Part shown: positions 40,320 to 51,200 of the stretch, piece by piece
Position numbering within the stretch: position 1 is the first letter of the stretch
Layout: each line of letters opens with the position of its first letter
Assembly (NCBI GenBank): GCA_963849065.1
Contig: CAWKFM010000003.1
Coordinates: forward strand, 44,292 to 108,291
Length of the DNA: 64,000 nt
Direction: 5' to 3'
From: an uncultured Acidobacteriota bacterium
GTDB lineage: Bacteria; Acidobacteriota; Terriglobia; Terriglobales; Acidobacteriaceae
Program-made: the position numbers and the translations under genes
The notes under the pieces: model-generated
The model's input: the letters and a program-made list of their open reading frames with translations, nothing else
What the model was told of the DNA's origin: nothing
The model's database searches: none

Positions 40320-41738
40320 ATGCCGACACTGACGATCGATCCCGTTACCCGTATCGAGGGCCACGCCCGCATCACGTTGCAGCTGGACGAGCAGGGAGAG
40401 GTGCAGGACGCGCGCTTCCATGTGACCCAGGTGCGCGGCTTTGAAAAGCTCTGCGAAGGACGTCCCTTCACCGAGATGCCGGCGCTGATGGCGCGCATCT
40501 GCGGCATCTGTCCCACCAGCCACCTGCTGGCCTCCAGCAAGGCCTGCGATGAGATCATGGCGGTGCGCATCCCGGAGACGGCGGAGAAGCTGCGCCGCAT
40601 CATGAACCTGGCGCAGATCATTCAGTCCCACGCGCTCAGCTTCTTCTATCTCTCGTCGCCGGACTTTCTGTTGGGGATGGACGCCGATCCGGAGGAGCGC
40701 AACATCTTGGGCGTGGTGCGCAAGCATCCGGCGATGGCGCGCGACGGCATCAAGCTGCGCCAGTTCGGACAGCGCGTGCTGGAGAGTCTGGGCGGCAAGC
40801 GGATTCACCCAGGCTGGATCGTGCCCGGCGGCGTGAGCCATCCGCTGGAGGCCGCGCAGCGCGACCAGATTCTGGCCGAGCTTCCCGAAGCCATCCGCAT
40901 CACGCGCGCCACGCTGCACTGGTTCAAATCACAGATTGAAAGCTTCCACGCCGAAGTGCGCTCGTTCGCCAATTTTCCCTCGCTGTTCATGGCCTTGGCT
41001 AACGACGGCAACCAGCTGGCGGCCTACAGCGGCTGGCTGCGCTTCATGGACGCCAACCTGAACATCGTGGCCGACCACATCACCGGCCTCGATTACCAGA
41101 ACTACATCGGCGAATCCAGCAACGACGACTCGTATCTGAAATCCACCTACTTCAAGCCGCTCGGGCTGGCCGCGGGAATGTATCGCGTAGGACCGCTGGC
41201 GCGGCTGAACATGTGCCGGTCGGCGGGAACCCCGCAGGCCGACGAGGAGATGGCGGAGTTCCGCGAGCTGGAACACCACTCGGTTCTCAGCTCTTTCTAC
41301 TACCACTATGCACGGCTGATCGAGATCCTGTTCTCGCTGGAGCGCATGGAAACCCTGCTGCGCGATCCGGAAATTCTGGGCAAGAATGTGCGCGCGCATG
41401 CCTCGCCCAACAACTTCGAGGGCGTGGGCATCCTGGAAGCGCCGCGGGGCACGCTGATTCATCACTACCGCATCGACCAGAACGGATTGATCGAGTCGGC
41501 CAACCTGGTGATTGCAACCGGCCACAACAATCTTGCGATCAACCGTGGCGTTCTGCAGGTGGCGCGGCAGTTCGTGCGCGGCAACACGCTGGAGCAGGGC
41601 ATGCTGAATCGCGTGGAAGCCGTGGTGCGCGCCTTCGATCCCTGCCTGAGCTGCTCTACCCACGCCGCGGGCCAGATGCCTCTGCTGATCGAGCTAATGG
41701 GCGCCGATGGCACGGTATTGGACCGGCTGCGCCGGTAG
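40320..41738 (+). CDS. hoxH: [NiFe]-hydrogenase large subunit (group 3d-like)
   Basis: N-terminal [10 protein letters not shown] and C-terminal DPCLSCSTH Ni-Fe ligand motifs, with a C-terminal extension for proteolytic maturation. Confidence 0.95.
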   Translation: MPTLTIDPVTRIEGHARITLQLDEQGEVQDARFHVTQVRGFEKLCEGRPFTEMPALMARICGICPTSHLLASSKACDEIMAVRIPETAEKLRRIMNLAQIIQSHALSFFYLSSPDFLLGMDADPEERNILGVVRKHPAMARDGIKLRQFGQRVLESLGGKRIHPGWIVPGGVSHPLEAAQRDQILAELPEAIRITRATLHWFKSQIESFHAEVRSFANFPSLFMALANDGNQLAAYSGWLRFMDANLNIVADHITGLDYQNYIGESSNDDSYLKSTYFKPLGLAAGMYRVGPLARLNMCRSAGTPQADEEMAEFRELEHHSVLSSFYYHYARLIEILFSLERMETLLRDPEILGKNVRAHASPNNFEGVGILEAPRGTLIHHYRIDQNGLIESANLVIATGHNNLAINRGVLQVARQFVRGNTLEQGMLNRVEAVVRAFDPCLSCSTHAAGQMPLLIELMGADGTVLDRLRR

Positions 41739-41744
41739 CGCTGC

Positions 41745-42239
41745 ATGTCAGGCGATCCGCGCGTGCTGCTGATTGGATATGGCAACGTCCTGCGCGGCGA
41801 CGATGCGCTGGGCCCGATGGCCGTAGAGCGCTTGCGCTCCGTGTTGACCGGCAGCGCGACAGACGTAGAGTTACTGAGCTGCCATCAACTGGCTCCCGAG
41901 CTGGCCGAGCAGCTTGCACACTGCAAGCTTGCACTCTTTGTGGACGCGGTGGACTGCGGCGAGCCGGGCACGGTGCGCGTGCAACAGCTGTCTCCCGAGG
42001 CAGGGGATGCCAACAGCTTCACACACCACGTCCAACCCGCGTCGCTGCTTGCGCTGGCTCGCGAACTCTATGGACGCGCGCCCGAGGCACTGCTGGTGAC
42101 CGGCTCAGGCGCAACGTTTGACGGACGCGAGAGCCTTAGCGAGCAGGGCCGCAAAGCACTGCATGAAATCTGCCGCCTCGTTCCGCAACTGATTGTGGAT
42201 TTCCGCGCGCACGGTGATGTGATGGCGATGAAGGAGTGA
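41745..42239 (+). CDS. hoxW: hydrogenase maturation endopeptidase
   Basis: LLIGYGNVLRGDDALG and a downstream FVDAV motif. Confidence 0.85.
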   Translation: MSGDPRVLLIGYGNVLRGDDALGPMAVERLRSVLTGSATDVELLSCHQLAPELAEQLAHCKLALFVDAVDCGEPGTVRVQQLSPEAGDANSFTHHVQPASLLALARELYGRAPEALLVTGSGATFDGRESLSEQGRKALHEICRLVPQLIVDFRAHGDVMAMKE

Positions 42240-42464
42240 AAAGATGGCGCAGGCCGAGTTTGTATTCCGGTCAACAGCCGTTTCGTTTGCTATCAATAGG
42301 TTTTGCAGATCCAGCAGCACAGCACATTATGACCAGAATGCAATTGGCGAACTGGGCACTTGTCAGGTCGAACCCTTCTCCGTAAGATTCGGGCACTGGT
42401 TTGTGAACGTCTGGTGACAGACAGCCACGCAGTTTGCCTTGACGAAGAAACAGAGCCCCTGACG

Positions 42465-42884
42465 ATGACGGTAAAAAAGACCATTCTCTGCGTGGACGAC
42501 GAGCAGAACCTGTCCATCCATAAACTCACCCTCGAGACCCGCGGCTACCGCGTGTTGACATGCAATACAGCGGCCGAGGCCTTCAACATTATCTCCCGAT
42601 GTGGGGTGGACTTGGTGTTAAGCAACGTGGATCTTCCCGATGCGCCCTCCCCCGAACTGGTCCGCCGCATCAAGGCCCTCAGCGCGGATATTCCGATAGT
42701 GCTGCTGAGCTCCCGTATGCGGATCTTCCATACCGACGCACCGGTGGATCTGCTGTTGAGAAAAGGCACGTATGCGCAGGCTGAGCTGTTGGAGCGCCTG
42801 CGGCTATTGTTGACGAAGCGCCGCGGCCCCCGGCGTACAGCCACATCTCCGGCAGCCATCGAACAGCGCGCTTCCGCTTGCTAA
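42465..42884 (+). CDS. single-domain response regulator (receiver only)
   Basis: ILCVDDEQN and VDLVLSNVDLPD (phospho-acceptor Asp context). ATG 42465 lies within ORF 42360..42884. Confidence 0.7.
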   Translation: MTVKKTILCVDDEQNLSIHKLTLETRGYRVLTCNTAAEAFNIISRCGVDLVLSNVDLPDAPSPELVRRIKALSADIPIVLLSSRMRIFHTDAPVDLLLRKGTYAQAELLERLRLLLTKRRGPRRTATSPAAIEQRASAC

Positions 42885-42928
42885 CCCGGTTGGCTGCGTC
42901 CGCTCGTGTAAAATGGACGTAGAGACCT

Positions 42929-43660
42929 ATGGCAGCGATTATTCAAGTCGAGAATGTCAGCAAGACCTATCGCATCGGGAAAGTGGACGTGCCGGCGGTG
43001 CGCGGCGTCTCCTTCGAGGTGGACAAAGGAGAATTTCTCAGCGTGGTGGGCCCATCGGGCAGCGGCAAGTCCACCCTCTTTTACATTCTCGGCGGACTGG
43101 CGCAGGCCGACTCCGGCCGCGTGCTCGTCGATGGCACCGACTTTGCCCGCACCTCGGACTCCGAGAGAACGCTACTGCGGCGGCGCAAGATCGGCTTCGT
43201 GTTCCAGAAGTTCAATCTGCTTCCGACCCTCACCGCCCGCGACAATATCAGGATCGCCCTCGACATCGCCGGCGAAAGCGCCAACCACGATGACGAATAC
43301 TTCCGCTATATCACCCAACTGCTCGGCATCGACAAGCGCCTCGATCACCGCCCCAGCGAGTTGAGTGGCGGCGAGCAGCAACGCGTGGCCCTGGCGCGTG
43401 CCCTCATTAATAAACCGGCCATCGTGCTGGCCGACGAGCCCACCGGAAATCTCGATACGCAGAATTCCAACGTGGTTCTGGATATGTTGCAACGCTCCAA
43501 CCGGGAGCTGGGCCAGACCGTGCTGATGATTACCCACAACCCAGAAGCGGCAAACTACGGCAACCGCATCCTGCACTTCCGCGACGGTCAGGTGGTCGCA
43601 CCGGAGTTGGACCCGCAGTGGACCGGTGCCCTGCACGAAGCGCCGCACGGCGGTCAGTAA
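42929..43660 (+). CDS. ABC transporter ATP-binding protein (LolD/MacB/FtsE-like), no adjacent permease
   Basis: Walker A GPSGSGKST, LSGGEQQRVALARAL, Walker B VLADEPTGNLD. Confidence 0.85.
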   Translation: MAAIIQVENVSKTYRIGKVDVPAVRGVSFEVDKGEFLSVVGPSGSGKSTLFYILGGLAQADSGRVLVDGTDFARTSDSERTLLRRRKIGFVFQKFNLLPTLTARDNIRIALDIAGESANHDDEYFRYITQLLGIDKRLDHRPSELSGGEQQRVALARALINKPAIVLADEPTGNLDTQNSNVVLDMLQRSNRELGQTVLMITHNPEAANYGNRILHFRDGQVVAPELDPQWTGALHEAPHGGQ

Positions 43661-43697
43661 ATATGCGGATGTCCACAGCTTAGCGCCCTAGCCCGGT

Positions 43698-43726
43698 TTG
43701 ACAGAGCAAAGTGCTTTGTCTAAGAT
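43698..43726 (+). promoter_or_regulatory. sigma70-type promoter for the tRNA genes
   Basis: TTGACA-N17-TAAGAT. The -10 element ends 11 nt before the tRNA-Gly 5' end. Confidence 0.6.
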
Positions 43727-43737
43727 AAAACAGTCGA

Positions 43738-43812
<75 letters not shown>

Positions 43813-43823
43813 GTAATTTCTAG

Positions 43824-43849
43824 AAACCCTCGCCTGCGCGCGAGGGTTT
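43824..43849 (+). terminator. hairpin between the two tRNA genes
   Basis: AAACCCTCGC-ctgcgc-GCGAGGGTTT. There is no clear T-tract, so the function is uncertain. Confidence 0.3.
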
Positions 43850-43906
43850 GCCGTGAGGGGCGCCTGCTCCTCGATTTTGTCCAGTCTTGCAGGATTCGCT
43901 GGAAGG

Positions 43907-43981
<75 letters not shown>

Positions 43982-44126
43982 AAATTCTCCCGCAAATAAC
44001 TGAAAGTGAATGCTTTCCAGAATTTCTCATGATCGGCCTCGTTGTGGCTGAATGGGGAAAAATTGGCCAAAATCAGGCACATTTTGGCTCGAAAGCGGAC
44101 AAAAAGCGGACAATGCTTTTTGCCCC

Positions 44127-45239
44127 TTAATTTTTGCGGGTTCCCTCACCTTGAGGTGCGAATTCGTCAGTATCCATGAGGGTTTGCTCATACTTCAGCA
44201 TCGCTTGCCGCTTGTGTTCAGCCGTGGGGTGGACATACCGCTGGACGATCCGGATGGAGCTGTGGCCGAGGATTGCCGCCAGCGTAGCCAGATCGACCCC
44301 AGCTTGGGCAAGTCTGGTTGCAAAGGTATGACGGAAGTCGTAGAGCACGAAATCGAGAGCCTTGAGGCCCTTCTTCTTGTCCACCTTGATGGCAGCATCG
44401 TGCCCCCGATTGAGACGCACGATGTGCTTTCCTGGCTTTGTAGGGGATGGAAATATCCAAGGCGAGTCCTTCTTCTTGGGGTTCTTTTCCATGCGACGGG
44501 CAAGGATCGACTTGCTCTCAGCCGTCAGGTCGAGCGTCCGCCTCGCCGCCTTGGATTTTCCTTGCCTGATATGGAGCTGTCCCCGTTCGAGGTCTATGTC
44601 TGCCTTGCCGAGGGACAGGACCTCCTCCGGACGCATACCCTGATTCCGCATCAGCCTCGCCAAATCCCAGAGATTCTTGTTTTTCGCGGCTCGCAGGAAG
44701 TAGTCCTTCTCTTCCGCTGCGGTTATTACGTGCATCCTGACCGCATCAGCATCAGACGGAATCTTGACGTTGCGAACGGGATTCTCTCGATGCCACCGTT
44801 GCTTGATTGCATATCGGAAGAACTTCGACAGTGCGTGAAGGTCATGCCGCAGAGTGATGTCGCGAACTTCATGCTCAGTGACTCGCCACGCCTTAAACGC
44901 TTCTACCCTGCCCTCATGAATCAGCGACACCGACTCCCTGCCAAAGAACATCTTTAGGCTCGTGAAGCTGGTCTCGATTCTCAGGAAGCTATTGGGGTGC
45001 GACCTGTGCTCCACCTTCACCCAGTCCAAGAAATCAGTGGCGGCGTCACTGAATTCGCGTACGACCATGTGCCGGGACGGATTTCGTCCCTCAGCCAAGG
45101 CAATGCGATGCTCAGCCTCGAGTTGCTTCGCTCGCGTCTCGTTTTGTTTCGTGGCGGCCAAGTCTGTCTTTCCGTTGTACTCCTTGCCTGCTACCTTGAA
45201 GCGGTAACTCCACTTCCCGCATCGCTTTCTCAGCGGCAT
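44127..45239 (-). CDS. int: tyrosine-type site-specific integrase
   Basis: C-terminal catalytic region (YDFRHTFATRLAQAG, LGHSSIRIVQRYVH) and an N-terminal SAM-like domain. ATG 45239 (GTG 45242 also in frame). Confidence 0.9.
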   Translation of the reverse strand: MPLRKRCGKWSYRFKVAGKEYNGKTDLAATKQNETRAKQLEAEHRIALAEGRNPSRHMVVREFSDAATDFLDWVKVEHRSHPNSFLRIETSFTSLKMFFGRESVSLIHEGRVEAFKAWRVTEHEVRDITLRHDLHALSKFFRYAIKQRWHRENPVRNVKIPSDADAVRMHVITAAEEKDYFLRAAKNKNLWDLARLMRNQGMRPEEVLSLGKADIDLERGQLHIRQGKSKAARRTLDLTAESKSILARRMEKNPKKKDSPWIFPSPTKPGKHIVRLNRGHDAAIKVDKKKGLKALDFVLYDFRHTFATRLAQAGVDLATLAAILGHSSIRIVQRYVHPTAEHKRQAMLKYEQTLMDTDEFAPQGEGTRKN

Positions 45240-45552
45240 CACTTGTCTCCTGTAGTCTCGTTTCCAGCCATGCGTCCACCCGATCTTTCGGATACCAGAT
45301 TCGTCGCCCCACCTTGAGGTAGGCGGGGCCCCTCCGCTGGCATCTCCAATCTGCTAGAGTCGCTGGCGATAAGCCCAAGTTCTGTGCCAGTTCCTCAGGC
45401 GAGATCAAACTATCAGGCAACACGAATAGACCTCGACCCAGTTTCCCCGCACCGGATGGCGGCTTTATGTTGAGCGGCTCAGAGGGACCGAACCTCGTTT
45501 CCATTGGTGGTGCCAACGACGCACCTACGACTGCTCCGCATCTGTGGTTCAC
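45112..45552 (-). CDS. xis: excisionase/AlpA-like helix-turn-helix DNA-binding protein
   Basis: ISPEELAQNLGLSPATLADWRCQRRGPAYLKVGRRIWYPKDRVDAWLE. Alternative start at 45504. The 3' end overlaps int by about 130 nt in another frame. Confidence 0.7.
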   Translation of the reverse strand: MNHRCGAVVGASLAPPMETRFGPSEPLNIKPPSGAGKLGRGLFVLPDSLISPEELAQNLGLSPATLADWRCQRRGPAYLKVGRRIWYPKDRVDAWLETRLQETSDAAEKAMREVELPLQGSRQGVQRKDRLGRHETKRDASEATRG

Positions 45553-45624
45553 GCTGCTGACGACTTCTTTCGCTTTCGTGTGCGTGGCAAGTCCTTACCA
45601 TCCTTTCCGAAGGTTTTCTGAACT

Positions 45625-45642
45625 TCACAATTTGTTTTGTGA
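45625..45642. promoter_or_regulatory. inverted repeat TCACAA-N6-TTGTGA upstream of xis
   Basis: Perfect 6-bp arms in the xis upstream region. Confidence 0.25.
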
Positions 45643-45821
45643 CAGCTGTAGCCCGTTTGAACTGAACCACGCGCGGAGATTTCGTCTCACACTCGTTCCA
45701 GATTGCGCCAGGAGGGCAAGGGACCGAGGAAGGAATCGTGGCGCCCACTGGCAATGACCGCCCACGATAGGAGCCTTGGGGTGCGGCCTCTGTGGTATTT
45801 TGCATTGCTGCGGCAGTTGCG

Positions 45822-46019
45822 CTAATGATCGCCGTGTCTATCAGCCTTTCCGTCGTTTCCGGCCGCTAAGTGCACAAAGCTGGCCTGCGTTCTGGCGTGC
45901 GATGCCCTGCACCGCACCCCGTCTAGGTGCACGATGACGAGCCCCAGACACGTCCAGAAAGCCATTGAGATCAGCAGGCCAAGCAAGATTCCCTTAGCCG
46001 GCGCTAACGAATCGAACAT
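45822..46019 (-). CDS. small membrane protein, unknown function
   Basis: ATG 46019 is preceded by GAGGAGG. It has one strongly hydrophobic helix (ILLGLLISMAFWTCLGLVIV). Confidence 0.4.
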   Translation of the reverse strand: MFDSLAPAKGILLGLLISMAFWTCLGLVIVHLDGVRCRASHARTQASFVHLAAGNDGKADRHGDH

Positions 46020-46029
46020 TTCGTCCTCC

Positions 46030-46368
46030 TCACCCGGCTGGATCAGAGAGCACCTCTGGAATGATCGCATCGCCATCTTCCTGGGTCCGCCGCCGCACTA
46101 GCCGCGGTGGCGCCTCCGGCACAAATGCGCGCTGGTCCCCGCACCTTCCGCGCGCCTGCTTGTTGGTGATGAAAGAGTGAACCGTGGTCTCGAACGTCCC
46201 GATCGCTTCACGCGGTGTGAGACAGGCCCGATATGCTTGGAAGAGTCCATAACACTCCTGACATCCCCCCTTGATACCCGCTTGCTCGTCCTTCGCGGGG
46301 TTGTAGGCTGGATGGCGGGAACATCGCCCACTGATTCGATACACAACCCGAAACGCCACCTTGACCAT
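46030..46368 (-). CDS. hypothetical Cys-containing small protein
   Basis: ORF in a low-GC region, immediately upstream of 45822..46019 on the same strand. The start is uncertain. Confidence 0.3.
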   Translation of the reverse strand: MVKVAFRVVYRISGRCSRHPAYNPAKDEQAGIKGGCQECYGLFQAYRACLTPREAIGTFETTVHSFITNKQARGRCGDQRAFVPEAPPRLVRRRTQEDGDAIIPEVLSDPAG

Positions 46369-46575
46369 AAATTTCCTCTCGGTTGGAAAACATACCATAC
46401 ATAGTCATTATATTCCTACAATGATTTTTATGTACGGGCTGGAGGGCCATCATTGGCAGGTGAAATCGCCGCGCGACTCCACACTACTCCGAGAATCGAT
46501 ACGCCGGATGACGGACGGCGGACTGGCGATGAGCGGGATGCGAGGTTTGCGTTAGTCTTAAGGGAGGAGACCGTG

Positions 46576-47397
46576 ATGCAGGAATCAGCCGCGTTGCCGC
46601 CTATCAATCCAGATTCGCTCCAGCAAACTGTCGACACCTTCCGTGTTTATTGCGGCGTTGTACTCCTATCATTCGCCCAGCATGGTCAGGGGCTTCGAGA
46701 GACTATCGCGCGAAGATTCGTCGCCAGAGGAATGATTTGCACGCAGAACATTTTGGCTGTATGGCGGGCCGGAAGCGAGCATGACGCCTGGATTCTCCAT
46801 CGGTCGCTAATCGACCGCCTTTTCCATCTTCGTTACCTGGGTGAAACGGGCGGGTTCTCTGAATTTGACGATTTTTCGTTTGCGTCATTATACGAAGCCC
46901 GGCAGCGGCTGCTGGCAGACCCAGACATGAGGAGCGAGCTTCCGGAAAGCCTGAAGGATACACAGCAACGAGACAAGGCGCGATACGAACAGATCCCTCC
47001 CAGGCAATCCCGATGGCGGCGTCCGAAAGCAAGGGACGTGGCAAAGCAGATGGATCTCTGCTTTCTATACTCGTGCGCTTACGATTCTGCCTCGGCTCAA
47101 ATCCATCCAACGTCCGATGAAGGCGACGCTGATTTCGAGATATTGACGAAGCCGTTAGGGACGGTTGCTCTTCCCAGCTCGATTGTCGTTACAAATTCAA
47201 TCCTCATTCACGCCATACTCGTTCAAGAAGCCCTGAATGTTAGCGAGATGCGCTGGCACTCCCTCGCCTATGATTTCCTAGACCATGTGCTTTTGTTTCT
47301 CAAAACCGGGGAACAGCGGTTTCAATCGACCATGCGTGAGATCGCTCAGTTCTGGCCCACATCGCCGCTTTGCAAGCCGCCCAGCGGCAAGAACTGA
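46576..47397 (+). CDS. hypothetical helical protein (273 aa), first gene of the unknown trio
   Basis: ATG 46576 lies 6 nt after GGGAGGAG. I recognise no confident family. There is a weak resemblance to AbiV/DUF5677-like helical proteins (ILHRSLIDRLFHLRYL ... YDSASAQIH). Confidence 0.6.
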   Translation: MQESAALPPINPDSLQQTVDTFRVYCGVVLLSFAQHGQGLRETIARRFVARGMICTQNILAVWRAGSEHDAWILHRSLIDRLFHLRYLGETGGFSEFDDFSFASLYEARQRLLADPDMRSELPESLKDTQQRDKARYEQIPPRQSRWRRPKARDVAKQMDLCFLYSCAYDSASAQIHPTSDEGDADFEILTKPLGTVALPSSIVVTNSILIHAILVQEALNVSEMRWHSLAYDFLDHVLLFLKTGEQRFQSTMREIAQFWPTSPLCKPPSGKN

Positions 47398-47523
47398 TCG
47401 ACACGGCTGCTGAGTTGGATGCCAATTCTCCGACGAACGCTGAGTTTAGCTGCCGCCGCCGTTACCGCCCGTTGATTGTCGGTAGGTTTGTCGTACCATT
47501 ATATCGGCCGCACATGGAGAATA

Positions 47524-48168
47524 ATGTCAAACCTTGATTGGTTCTTCCGCAGCAGCCGTTCCGCACCGAACCGTGGCGAACGTTTCAGCCAGCTCTACTT
47601 GCTACGTAGGGACATCGACACTTGTTTCGGAGTCAATCCAAATACAGGATTACCGTTCTGCGTCGTAGACCCGACCACAGGTGCGCGCACCAGCTGCGAG
47701 GCGATCTGGCCTGGCACGATGGCCATTCTTGCTGGCATTGACCTTCTTGGCAAGTTCCGTGCGGGGACCGACGTAACTCGGGGTCCGGGTAGTGTGAGTG
47801 TCAGGCAGCGATTCGTAGATTTTTCAAGGCTATATCTGAGTCTCTCGGAGACAGACGCATATCTGGTCTACCATCTGCGGAACTCGTTACTGCACTCGTT
47901 CGGTCTAAATTCCGAAAAGACAGACGACAAAGGCACAGTCACCGCGACGTACGACTTCATTCTTAGCCGCGGTGCGGGCAAGCTGCTTGAACATTTCACA
48001 AGCGACTTCTACCGCGTGGACGTGCAGTGTCTTCGTGACCTTTTCGAACGAGCTATTGCGAGGTACGAAGCCGAGCTACGTGACAATTCGCGCAGCGATT
48101 ACCAAGATCTTAATGATAAGTTCAATGCAATGTTTCCCAAGCACGCGAAGCCCATGAGCGTGATTTAG
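47524..48168 (+). CDS. hypothetical protein (214 aa) with an Rx4H HEPN-like motif
   Basis: ATG 47524 follows GGAGA. The motif YHLRNSLLHSFGL fits the HEPN R-x4-6-H signature. Confidence 0.6.
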   Translation: MSNLDWFFRSSRSAPNRGERFSQLYLLRRDIDTCFGVNPNTGLPFCVVDPTTGARTSCEAIWPGTMAILAGIDLLGKFRAGTDVTRGPGSVSVRQRFVDFSRLYLSLSETDAYLVYHLRNSLLHSFGLNSEKTDDKGTVTATYDFILSRGAGKLLEHFTSDFYRVDVQCLRDLFERAIARYEAELRDNSRSDYQDLNDKFNAMFPKHAKPMSVI

Positions 48169-48293
48169 TTAGAACCTACTTCGGGACAACTTCAGCATAC
48201 GGGCAGCTGTACAACCCGAAGGCTATTGAGTCGGGTGCAATGCGCGGTCTTAGAGGCCGTCGAGTGTGACTTGGCGGAACCGGAGAAGAATGA

Positions 48294-51200
48294 ATGGCGC
48301 TTTCATTGGATGATCTAGTTAAGGACGGTAGGCTAGAACGGCTGTTTTCCAAGCACTGCCGCGACTGCGCTCTGCAGCTTTGGGTGCTACAGATAAAGTC
48401 CGACAACGGAATCGAGAACCGACTCCTCTACGGACGACTTCTTCCCTACAATTACTCTAACAACACTTGGTCCGCCGCGGAGGATGACCATTTTGAATCG
48501 GTTGGGGAGCACAAGGCTCAAATCATTCGACTCAGCCTGTACATCAAGAGCACCGGCACCGAGGCGTTACTGAAACATCTGAGTGAGGGCCACGCCGTGT
48601 CGCGCATCAGCGAGGACTTGAAGCTGACGCTGTCCCCGAAGCTAGCCGAGCGGATAGGAACGACAACGCTCAGTTCACACTTGGTTTATCGCCCAGTCGC
48701 CTACCTGCTGAATCGAGATTCGCGAGATCGAACCGCACCTTTGAGTCCACACGGGGGCGCGGGCGCATTCAGTGCATCTCTGACTCCAACCGATAAGATA
48801 GCATTGCTTCGCATTGGATCGGATTGTGATGAGGCTTTGGCGACATTTATTGTCAAACAGCTGGATTTCGACACTGGCTTGGACTTCGGGGACAGAGATC
48901 TCGGCCGATTAGGTGATTTGGAGCTGTTGGTCTTTCCGACCCTGGACGACAGCGAGCGGGAACTGTTGAGCGTGGGCTGGAAAGTAAAACCCAGAGTTCT
49001 CGCCGTGAAGCTGAATCCGATTCAACTCCCGCGCTATGACAGATTCCATGTCCGTCTGAGTGTATTCAACGACAGCCAACTCGTTCATTCAAGTATCGCA
49101 ACTGTCGAGTGCGTCGAGGGCCGTGAATTTGAGTGCGAGTTCGAGGTGCCTGAGCAACTGCGCACGGTTGTCGACGAAACGGAGGTCGAGATTCATGGAT
49201 CATCCTCGATCAACGACGACCGAACTTGCGATCTGTGTTGCAGATGGCGGGTCGGCTATGTACGGGAAATTACCGTCAACGGCCATGTGAACGGACGAGG
49301 AGGTGGCTCTGTCCGGCTCGGCTGGCTCGAAAAGGTGACAAAATCCGCAGCCGCTTCGAAACGGCTACAAGCGGCTCAGACCATCAATCAGGGAGGCACG
49401 GGGTTTTCGACTCACGTGGGAGACCGAAAGGCCGATCCATGGGTTCCCATTAACCGTGGCGTCAGATCACTATTTGCCCGAGTGCATCCGCCGCAGTCGG
49501 ACGGACGTTTTTTTGAACGTCTGAGCGAAGGCAGCGGCTTGGGACGCTTGGAGTTTGTGGAATGGGTAAAGGCCCTATTGGTTAGGCACCAAAATCATCA
49601 GGTCATAATTTTTGACCCTTTCTTTGAGGACGCAGGCATTGGACTCGTCGTTCCAAATGCGGGGAGCCACGGCGATTACATCGTTTTTACATCGCTGCCC
49701 AAGCCCGCAACGCAAGAAGCCAGCACTCGGATCAACAATCTGCTGGCTAGCTGCGAGCAGCTCAAGCCTTTGATGAGGGGGATCAGATTGCGCGTGTACG
49801 GTCTGAAGTACGGAACACTACACGACCGTTATTTCCTAATCGTCGGTCAGGACGGATTACCAACCGCCGGCTTCCATCTCTCGAACTCCATCCAAAAGGC
49901 AAATGAGAATTACCCTCTGCTGATTACGCCGATACCTCCTGACGTCTTGCTCAAGGTAAACAAATACGCGTCCAAACTTCTAACGCAAGCATTTGAGGCA
50001 TTTTCTAGTACCGAAGCCGATACTTCAAGGGTGCAGCTACTCTTCGACTCGAAAGCCGCGCTCGCTACGTCCCCTAAACGCATTGAACCGTTGAGGTTTC
50101 TCGACAAAGGCGTCGCTGGCGATGTCCTGGCCGGGTGGACGGGGGAGCAGTCGCTTCGGAGTTTGGAAGGCGACGCCCTTAGGGAGAAAATGAGGGACTT
50201 GGGCTTGCTGAACGGCGAATCGCTTGTTCTAAAGGAGGCCCCTGGGCTTAAGGGCTGCGTCGATCAACAGGCAGGGAACTTCACGAACTTCGGCGCCAAA
50301 TGGGACGTACTCGGCGAGATCCTGGCCAACTCGCATGCGGGAAATACGATCCATGCAGTCGAGCTATCGGCGGAAACGGATTTTCTGACCTTTTTGGCTG
50401 AGTTTTTGAGCGGCTCATTTGGTCGAGTACATAACGACGAGGTCGATGCACCAATCGCGCACGTCGCTAGCACCTACTTCAAAGACGCTATTGAAACGCT
50501 GCTTGCCGCATCCCATCAGCCTGAGCACTTTTTCCATCCCGTTAAGTACGCCGTCCTGAGCTGGTCGGAGTTCTTCGCCGTACAAATCCTGTGGCACCAC
50601 GCTCCAGCTGCATTACTTTCAATGACAGAAGCGCAAGCTGCAACAGTGCCGGAGGATAGTAGGCAATCCGATGCGGTTAAGCTTTCCTTGCTGAGTCAAA
50701 TAGTGAGTGAGATCGCACTCGGGGCGCAATTCGGACTTGCCGGCTTACAGCGGGACCGACTGATTTGCAGCCCCAATGGCTTACTTAAGTGGATGGGGCT
50801 GAATTCTCTCGAATCGCAGCTCCAAAAACCGAATGGCGTGCGCGAGGTCGTTCAATATACGGCGTCGTTCAGTCACAGGGAGAGGATACAGGTACTGGGT
50901 TGGATGACCCAACACTCTGCGGGGCGACAGAATGGCGAGACTATTTATCGTGGTCTGATCGATTCTCTCCATGAGGTTTTACCGCGGGCGCTAACCGCGG
51001 AGGATGCTGATCTCTTGGTGGATTCCATGCGCGGACATATGCGGGCCCTAGGCTGGGGTGAGCCATGGCTTTATCGGGACGTAATATCCCCTCTGTTCGT
51101 AGATGGACGCGTTTCCGCAGATGACCTTTGTCGTATTTGGGTCAAGGAGTTGCTCGCTTATTTGGAGCAAGCCCTCAGGGATGAAACGGGCATCTTCAAG

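Noticed and set aside
39860-41663. Several 220-250-aa minus-strand ORFs opposite hoxY/hoxH
   Set aside because: Shadow ORFs. The plus strand carries the diagnostic Ni-Fe ligand motifs.
42465-43660. Receiver-only response regulator and permease-less ABC ATPase at the island border, considered as remnants of a disrupted operon
   Set aside because: Both ORFs are intact with complete motifs. Orphan receivers and ABC ATPases are common, and there is no evidence of truncation by the island, which inserts downstream of the tRNAs.
44052-44957. 301-aa plus-strand ORF opposite the integrase
   Set aside because: It is antisense to a gene with clear tyrosine-recombinase catalytic motifs, and it has no motifs of its own.
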